From assembly GCF_009914755.1 (NCBI RefSeq), contig NC_060933.1: 64,000 bases of DNA; one strand, 5' to 3'. How positions within the stretch are numbered: the first letter of the stretch is position 1; each line of letters opens with the position of its first letter. This stretch comes from the human T2T-CHM13v2.0 reference genome, Homo sapiens. The notes under the pieces are model-generated. The model searched no databases and was not told the origin of the DNA. It was given only the letters and a program-made list of their open reading frames with translations. A program made the translations under genes and the position numbers. Shown one piece after another: positions 55,901 through 64,000 of this stretch.

Positions 55901-58900
55901 GGAACGGAATGGAATGGAATGGAATGGAATGGAATGGAATGGAATGGAATTAACCCGAATAGAATGGAATGGAATGGAAAGGAATGGAATGGAATGGAAT
56001 GGAATGGAATGGAATGGAATCAACCCGACTGCAATGGAATGGAATGGAATCGAATGGAATGGAATGGAATTAACAGGAATAGAATGGAATGGAATGGAAT
56101 GGAACGGAATGGAATGGAATGGAATGGAATGGAATGGAATGGAATGGAATCAACCCGAGTGCAGGGGAATGGAATGGAATGGAATGCAATGGAATGGAAT
56201 CATCCGGAATGGAATGGAAAGGAATGCAATGCAATCAACCTGATGCAATGGAATGGAGTGGAATGGAATGGAATGGAATGGAAACATCCCGAATGGAATG
56301 GAATGTAATGGAGTGTAAGAGAATTGAATAGAATCAATCCGAATGTAACGGAATGGAATGGAATGAAATAGAATGGAATGGAATGGAATGGAATGGAATC
56401 AACCAGAGTGCAATGGAATGGATTCGAATGGAATGGAATGGAATGGAATGGATTCAACAAGAATGGAATGGAAAGGAATGGAATCAACCCGAGTGTAATG
56501 GCATGGAATGGAACGGAATGGAATGGGATGGAATGGAATGGTATGGAATAGAATGGAATGGAATGAAATGGAATGGAATGGAATGGAATGGAATGGAATG
56601 GAATGAACCCGTGTGCAATGGAATGGAATGGAATGGAATGGAATGGATTCAACTCGAATGGAATGCACTCGATTGCAATGGAATGGAATGGAATTGAAAG
56701 GAATAGAATGGAATCAACCCGAGTGGAATGGAATGGAAAGGACTGGAATGGAGTGGAATGGAATGGAATGGAATTAACCCGAATAGAATGAAATGGAACG
56801 GAATGGAATGGAATGGAATGGAATGGAATGGAATGGAATGGAATCAACCCGAGTGCAGGGGAATGGAATGGAATGGAATGCAATGGAATGGAATCATCCC
56901 GAATGGAATGGAATGGAATGGAATGGAATTGAATGGAATGGAATCAACTCGATTTCAATGGAATGGAATGGAATAGAATGGAACGGAATTAACACGAATA
57001 GAATGGAATGGAATGGAATGGAATGGAACAGAAAGGAATGGAATGGAATGGAATGGAATCAACACAAGTGCAGGGGAAAGGAATGGAATGGAATTCAATG
57101 GAATGGAATCATCCGGAATGGAATGGAATGGAATGGAATGGAATGGAATGGAATGGAATGGAAGGGAATCAACCCGAGTGCAATGGAATGGAGAGGAATG
57201 GCATGGAATGGAATGGAAACTACACGAATGGAATGGAATGTAATGGAGTGTAAGGGAATTGAATAGAATGAATCCGAATGGAATGGAATGGAATGGAATG
57301 GATAGGAATGGAAAGGAATGGAATGGAATGGAATGCAATGCCATGGAATCAACCCGAGTGCAATCGAATGGAATCGAATGGAATGGAATGCAATGGAATG
57401 GATTCAACTTGAATGGAATGGAAAGAATGGAATCAACACGAGTGGAATGGCATGGATTGGAATGTAATGGAATAGAATCAACCCGAGTACAGGGGAATGG
57501 AATGGAATGGAATGAAATGGAATGGAATCACCCGTAATGTAATGGAAAGGAATGGAATGGAATGGAATGGAATGGAATGGAATGGAATGGAATGGAATGG
57601 AATCAACTCGATTGCAATTGAATGGAATGGAATGGAATTAACCCGAATAGAATGGAATGGAATGGAATGGAATGGAACGGAACGGAATGGAATGGATTGG
57701 AATGGAAAGGAACGGATCGGAATGGAATGGAATGGAATGGAATGGAATGGAATCAACGCGAGTGCAGGGCAATGGAATGGAATGGAATGCAATGGAATGG
57801 AAACTTCCGGAATGGAATGGAATGGAATGGAATAGAATGGAATGGAATGGAATGGAATGGAATCAACCCGAGTACAGGGGAATGGAATGGAATGTAATGC
57901 AATGGAATGGAATCATCCGTAATGGAATGGAAAGGAATGGAATGGAATGGAATGGAATGGAATGGAATGGAATCAACTAGATTGCAATCGAATGGAATGG
58001 AATAGAATGGAACGGAAAGGAATGGAATGGAATGGAATGGAATGGAATGGAATGGAATGGAATGGAATGGAATCAACGCGAGTGCAGGGGAATGGAATGG
58101 AATGGAATGCAATGGAATGGAATCTTCCGGAATGGAATGGAATGGAATGGAATGGAATGGAATGGAATGGAATTGAATTGAATAAACGCGAGTGCAATGG
58201 AATGGAGTGGAATGGAATGGAATGGAATGGAATGAAATGGAATGGAATGTAATGGAGAGTAAGGGAGTTGAATAGAATCAATCCAAATGTAATGGAATGG
58301 ATTGGAACGGAATGGAATTGAATGGAATGGAATGGAATGCAATGGAATGGAATCAACCCGAGTGCAATGGAATGGAGAGGAATGGAATGGAATGGAATGG
58401 AAACTACCCGAATGGAATGGAATGTAATGGAGTGTAAGGGAATTGAATAGAATCAATCCGAATGTAATGGAATGGAATGGAACGGAATGGAATGGAATGA
58501 AATGGAATAGAATGGAAAGGAATGGAATGCAATGGAATGGAATCAACCCGAGTGCAATCGAGTGGAATCGAATGGAATGGAATGCAATGGAATGGATTCA
58601 ACTTGAATGGAATGGAAAGAATGGAATCAACACGAGTGGAAGGGCATGGATTGGAATGCAATGGAATGGAATCAACCCGAGTACAGGGGAATGGAATGGA
58701 ATGGAATGCAATGAAATGGAATCATCCGTAATGGAATGGAAAGGAATGGAATGGAATGGAATGGAATGGAATGGAATGGAATCAACACGATTGCAATCGA
58801 ATGGAATGGAATGGAATTAACCCGAATAGAATGGAATGGAATGGAATGGAAAGGAACGGAATGGAATGGAATGGAATGGAATGGAATGGAACGGAACGGA

Positions 58901-61900
58901 ACGGAACGGAATGGAATGGAATGGAATGGAATGGAATGGAATCAACGCGAGTGCAGGGGAATGGAATGGAATGGAATGCAATGGAATGGAATCTTCCGGA
59001 ATGGAATGGAATGGAATGGAATGGAATGAAATGCAATGGATTCAACTCGATTGCAATGGAATGGAATAGAATGGAATGGATTGGAATGGAATGGAATTAA
59101 CCCGAATAGAATGCAATGGAACGGAATGGAAAGGAATGGAATGGAATGGAATGGAATTAACCCGAATAGAATGGAATGGAATGGAATGGAATGGCACGGA
59201 ACAGAATGGAATGGAATGGAAAGTAATGGAACGGATCGGAATGGAATGGAATGGAATGGAATGGAATGGAATGGAATCAACGCGAGTGCAGGGGAATGGA
59301 ATGGAATGGAATGCAATGGAATGGAATCTTCCGGAATGGAATGGAATGGAATGGAATAGAATGGAATGGAATGGAATGGAATGGAATGGAATCAACCCGA
59401 GTACAGGGGAATGGAATGGAATGTAATGCAGTGGAATGGAATCATCCGTAATGGAATGGAAAGGAATGGAATGGAATGGAATGGAATGGAATGGAATGGA
59501 GTCAACTCGATTGCAACGGAATGGAATGGAATGGAATTAACCCGAATAGAATGGAATGGAATGGAACGGAACGGAACGGAACGGAATGGAATGGAATGGA
59601 ATGGAATGGAACGGAACGGAACGGAACGGAATGGAATGGAATGGAATAGAATGGAATCAACGCGAGTGCAGGGGAATGGAATGGAATGGAATGCAATGGA
59701 ATGGAATCTTCCGTAATGGAATGGAATGGAATGGAATAGAATGAAATGCAATGGATTCAACTCGATTGCAATGGAATGGAATAGAATGGAATGGAATGGA
59801 ATGGAATGGAATTAACCCGAATAGAATGGAATGGAATGCAATGGAATGGAATGGAACGGAATGGAATGGAATGGAATGGAATGGAATGGTATGGAATGGA
59901 ATGGAATGGTACGGAATAGAATGGAATGGAACGAATTGTAATGGAATGGAATTCAATGGAATGGAATGGAATCAACGCGAGTGCAGGGGAATGTAATGGA
60001 ACGGAATGCAATGGAATGGAATCATCCGGAATGGAATGGAATGGAATGGAATGGAATGGAATGGAATGGAATCAACCCGAGTGCAATGGAATGGAGTGGA
60101 ATGGAATGGAATGGAATGGAACAACCCGAATGGAATGGAATGTAATGGAGAGTAAGGGAGTTGAATAGAATCAATCCGAATGTAATGGAATGAAATGCAA
60201 CGGAATGGAGTGGAATGGAATGGAATCAACCCGAGTGCAGTGGAATGGAATGGAATGGAATGCAATGGAATGGAATCATCCGGAATGGAATGGAATGGAA
60301 TGGAATGCAAAGCAATGGAATCAACTCGATTGCAATGGAATGGAATGGAATGGAAAGGAATACATTGGAATCAACCCGAGTGGAATGGAATGGAAAGGAC
60401 TGGAATGGAGTGGAATGGAATGGAATGGAATGGAATGGAATCAACTCGATTGGAATGGTATGGAATGGAATGGAATGGAATGGAATTAACCCGAATAGAA
60501 TGGAATGGAATGGAATGGAACGGAATGGAATGGAATGGAATGGAATGGAATGGAATGGAATGGAATGGAATCAACCCGACTGCAGGGGAATGGAACGGAA
60601 TGGAATGCAATGGAATGGATTCAACTTGAATGGAATGGAAAGAATGGAATCAACACGAGTGGAATGGCATGTATTGGAATGGAATGGAATGGAATGGAAT
60701 CATCCGTAATGGAATGGAAAGGAATGGAGTGGAATGGAATGGAATGGAATGGAATGGAATGGAATGGAATGGAATCAACTCGATTGCAATCGAATGGAAT
60801 GGAATGGAATTAACCCGAATAGAATGGAATGGAATGGAATGGAACGGAACGGAACGGAACGGAACGGAATGGAATGGAATGGAATGGAATGGAATGGAAC
60901 GGAAAGGAATGGAATGGAATGGAATGGAATGGAATGGAATGGAATGGAATCAACGCGAGTGCAGGGGAATGGAATGGAATGGAATGCAATGGAATGGAAT
61001 CTTCCGGAATGGAATGGAATGGAATGGAATGAAAGGCAATGGATTAAACTCGATTGCAATGCAAAGGAATAGAATGGAATGGAATGGAATGGAATGGAAT
61101 GGAATGGAATGGAATGCTTTCAAACCGAATGGAATGGAAAGGAATGGAATCAACATGAGTGGAAAGGAATGGAATGGAAAGGAATGGAATGGAATGGAAT
61201 GGTACGGAATAGAATGGAATGGAACGAACTGGAATGGAATGGAATGGAATGGAATGGAATGGAATGGAATGGAATGGAATCGTTCCGAGTGGAATAGGAG
61301 GGAATGTATTCGAGTGGAATGGAAAGGAATGGAATCAACCAGAGTGGAATGGAAGGCAATGGAATGGAATGGAAACTAATAGAATGGAATAAACCCGAGT
61401 GGAATGGAATGGAAAGGACTTGAATGGAATGGAATGGAATGGAATGGAATGGAATCAACTCGATTGTAATGGAATGGAATGGAATGGAATGGAATGGAAT
61501 GGAATGGAATGGAATGGAATGGAATGGAATTAACCCGAATATAATGGAATGGAATGGAATGGAACGGAATGGAGTGGAATGGAATGGAATCAACCCGAGT
61601 GCAGGGGAATGGAATGGAATTGAATGCAATGGAATGGAATCATCCGGAATGGAATGGAATGGAATGGAATGCAAAGCAATGGAATCAACTCGATTGCAAT
61701 GGAATGGAATGGAATGGAAAGGAATATAATGGAATCAACCCGAGTGTAATGGAATGGAAAGGACTGGAATGGAGTGGAATGGAATGGAAAGGAATGGAAT
61801 CAAATCAACTCTGTTGGAATGGAATGGAATGGAATGGAATGGAATGGAATGGAATGGAATTAACCCGAATAGAATGGAATGGAATGGAATGGAACGGAAT

Positions 61901-64000
61901 GGAATGGAATGGAATGGAATGGAATGGAATGGAATTAACCAGAATAGAATGGAATGGAATGGAATGGAACGGAATGGAATGGAATGGAATGGAATGGAAT
62001 GGAATCAACCCGAGTGCAGGGGAATGGAATGGAATGGAATGCAATGGAATGGAATCATCCGGAATGGAATGGAATGGAATGCAATGCAATCAACCTGATG
62101 CAATGGAATGAAGTGGAATGGAATGGAATGGAATGGAAACATCCCGAATGGAATGGAATGTAATGGAGTGTAAGGGAATTGAATAGAATCAATCCGAATG
62201 TAACGGAATGGAATGGAATGAAATAGAATGGAATGGAATGGAATGGAATGGAATCAACCCGAGTGCAATGGAATGGATTCGAATGGAATGGAATGGAATG
62301 GAATTCATTCAACAAGAATGGAATGGAAAGGAATGGAATCAACCCGAGTGTAATGGCATGGAATGGAACGCAATGGAATGGGATGGAATGGAATGGTACG
62401 GAATAGAATGGAATGGAATGAAATGGAATGGAATGGAATGGAATGTAATGGAATGGAATGGAATGAACCCGTGTGCAATGGAATGGAATGGAATGGAATG
62501 GATTCAACTCGAATGGAATCCACTCGATTGCAATGGAATGGAATGGAATTGAAAGGAATAGAATGGAATCAACCCGAGTGGAATGGAATGGAAAGGACTG
62601 GAATGGAGTGGAATGGAATGGAATGGAATGGAATGGAATCAACTCGATTGGAATGGAATGGAATGGAATGGAATGGAATGGAATCAACCCGAGTGCAGGG
62701 GAATGGAATGGAATGGAATGCAATGGAATGGAATCATCCGGAATGGAATGGAAAGGAATGGAATGGAATGGAATCAACCCGAGTGCAATGGAATGGAGAG
62801 GAATGGCATGGAATGGAATGGAAACTACACGAATGGAATGGAATGTAATGGAGTGTAAGGGAATTGAATAGAATGAATCCGAATGGAATGGAATGGAATG
62901 GAATGGATAGGAATGGAATGGAATGGAATGGAATGCAATGCCATGGAATCAACCCGAGTGCAATCGAATGGAATCGAATGGAATGGAATGCAATGGAATG
63001 GATTCAACTTGAATGGAATGGAAAGAATGGAATCAACACGAGTGGAATGGCATGGATTGGAATGGAATGGAATAGAATCAACCCGAGTACAGGGGAATGG
63101 AATGGAATGGAATGAAATGGAAAGGAATCACCCGTAATGTAATGGAAAGGAATGGAATGGAATGGAATGGAATGGAATGGAATGAAATGGAATGGAATGG
63201 AATGGAATCAACTCGATTGCAATTGAATGGAATGGAATGGAATTAACCCGAATAGAATGGAATGGAATGGAATGGAATGGAACGGAACGGAATGGAATGG
63301 AATGGAATGGAAAGGAACGGATCGGAATGGAATGGAATGGAATGGAATGGAATGGAATGGAATCAACGCGAGTGCAGGGGAATGGAATGGAATGGAATGC
63401 AATGGAATGGAAACTTCCGGAATGGAATGGAATGGAATGGAATAGAATGGAATGGAATGGAATGGAATGGAATCAACCCGAGTACAGGGGAATGGAATGG
63501 AATGTTATGCAATGGAATGAAATCATCCGTAATGGAATGGAAAGGAATGGAATGGAATGGAATGGAATGGAATGGAATCAACTAGATTGCAATCGAATGG
63601 AATGGAATAGAATGGAACGGAAAGGAATGGAATGGAATGGAATGGAATGGAATGGAATGGAATGGAATGGAATCAACGCGAGTGCAGGGGAATGGAATGG
63701 AATGGAATGCAATGGAATGGAATCTTCCGGAATGGAATGGAATGTAATGGAATGGAATGTAATGGAATGGAATTGAATAAACCCGAGTGCAATGGAATGG
63801 AGTGGAATGGAATGGAATGGAATGGAATGAAATGGAATGGAATGTAATGGAGAGTAAGGGAGTTGAATAGAATCAATCCAAATGTAATGGAATGGATTGG
63901 AACGGAATGGAATTGAATGGAATGGAATGGAATGCAATGGAATGGAATCAACCCGAGTGCAATGGAATGGAGAGGAATGGAATGGAATGGAATGGAAACT
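52980..64000 (+). repeat. Two tandem copies (plus the start of a third) of a ~5.2-5.6 kb higher-order unit
   Basis: ATCCAAATGTAATGGAATGGATTGG at ~53091, 58281, 63876; GCAATCGAGTGG at ~53364, 58554; CAACTAGATT at ~57974, 63579. Confidence 0.87.

Larger units (their letters stand above)
4304..64000 (+). repeat. Satellite III (HSat3) array, GGAAT orientation; probably HSat3B type (chr9q12-like)
   Basis: Uninterrupted (GGAAT)n with frequent AATCAACCCGAGTG(C/T)A words and no unique or non-satellite insertion found. AATCAACCCGAGTGCAATCG (e.g. 9218-9237) matches, from recollection, the pHuR98-derived chr9 SatIII sequence used for stress-transcript RT-PCR. The subfamily/chromosome call is inference. 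Confidence 0.95.

Noticed and set aside
9-63951. Hundreds of ORFs (up to 458 aa) in all six frames
   Set aside because: (GGAAT)n and (CATTC)n contain no stop codon in any frame. The products are MEWNG/IPFHS repeats overlapping on both strands with no domain or gene structure, so none is called a CDS.
4304-64000. CRISPR-like alternation of conserved words and spacers
   Set aside because: The intervening sequence is the GGAAT repeat itself rather than unique spacers. There are no cas genes or leader, and the context is eukaryotic satellite.
1-64000. HSat2 or DYZ1 assignment
   Set aside because: It lacks the dominant CATTCGATTC/ATGATG pattern of HSat2 and shows no regular ~3.5 kb period; CAACCCGAGT words point to HSat3B. 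This was not confirmed by alignment.
4304-64000. Canonical G-quadruplex or telomeric repeats
   Set aside because: G-runs are mostly GG with isolated GGG/GGGG, never four G3 tracts close together, and there are no TTAGGG arrays.
1-64000. Alu, L1, LTR or alpha-satellite insertions
   Set aside because: I saw no poly-A tails, target-site duplications or any non-pentamer-derived stretch.

Overview
The whole 64 kb window is one block of pentameric (GGAAT/CATTC)n satellite, interrupted by recurring variant words (CAACCCGAGT, CAACTCGATT, CAACGCGAGT, CAACACGAGT, AATTAACCCGAATAG, GAGAGTAAGGGAGTTG and others). This is the signature of human/great-ape classical Satellite III (HSat3), most likely the CAACCCGAGT-rich HSat3B type best known from chr9q12; the subfamily and chromosome are inferred, not verified. 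I found no genes, RNA genes or transposons, and all listed ORFs (MEWNG/IPFHS repeats) are by-products of the pentamer. Structure read directly from the sequence: (1) a single strand switch at 4303/4304, sealed by the perfect 12-bp palindrome ATTCCATGGAAT; (2) about 48 perfect three-unit heat-shock elements (GAAnnTTCnnGAA), formed by the recurring word GGAATCTTCCGGAAT; (3) nested periodicities of 5 bp, ~175 bp and ~0.8-0.9 kb, plus recent tandem duplications of ~1.3 kb, ~5.0-5.8 kb and ~5.2-5.6 kb; (4) the outer 1.1 kb of the inverted left arm is a specific homolog of ~44.2-45.4 kb; (5) mosaic patches and deletions between duplicate copies. All counts and coordinates are manual and approximate.
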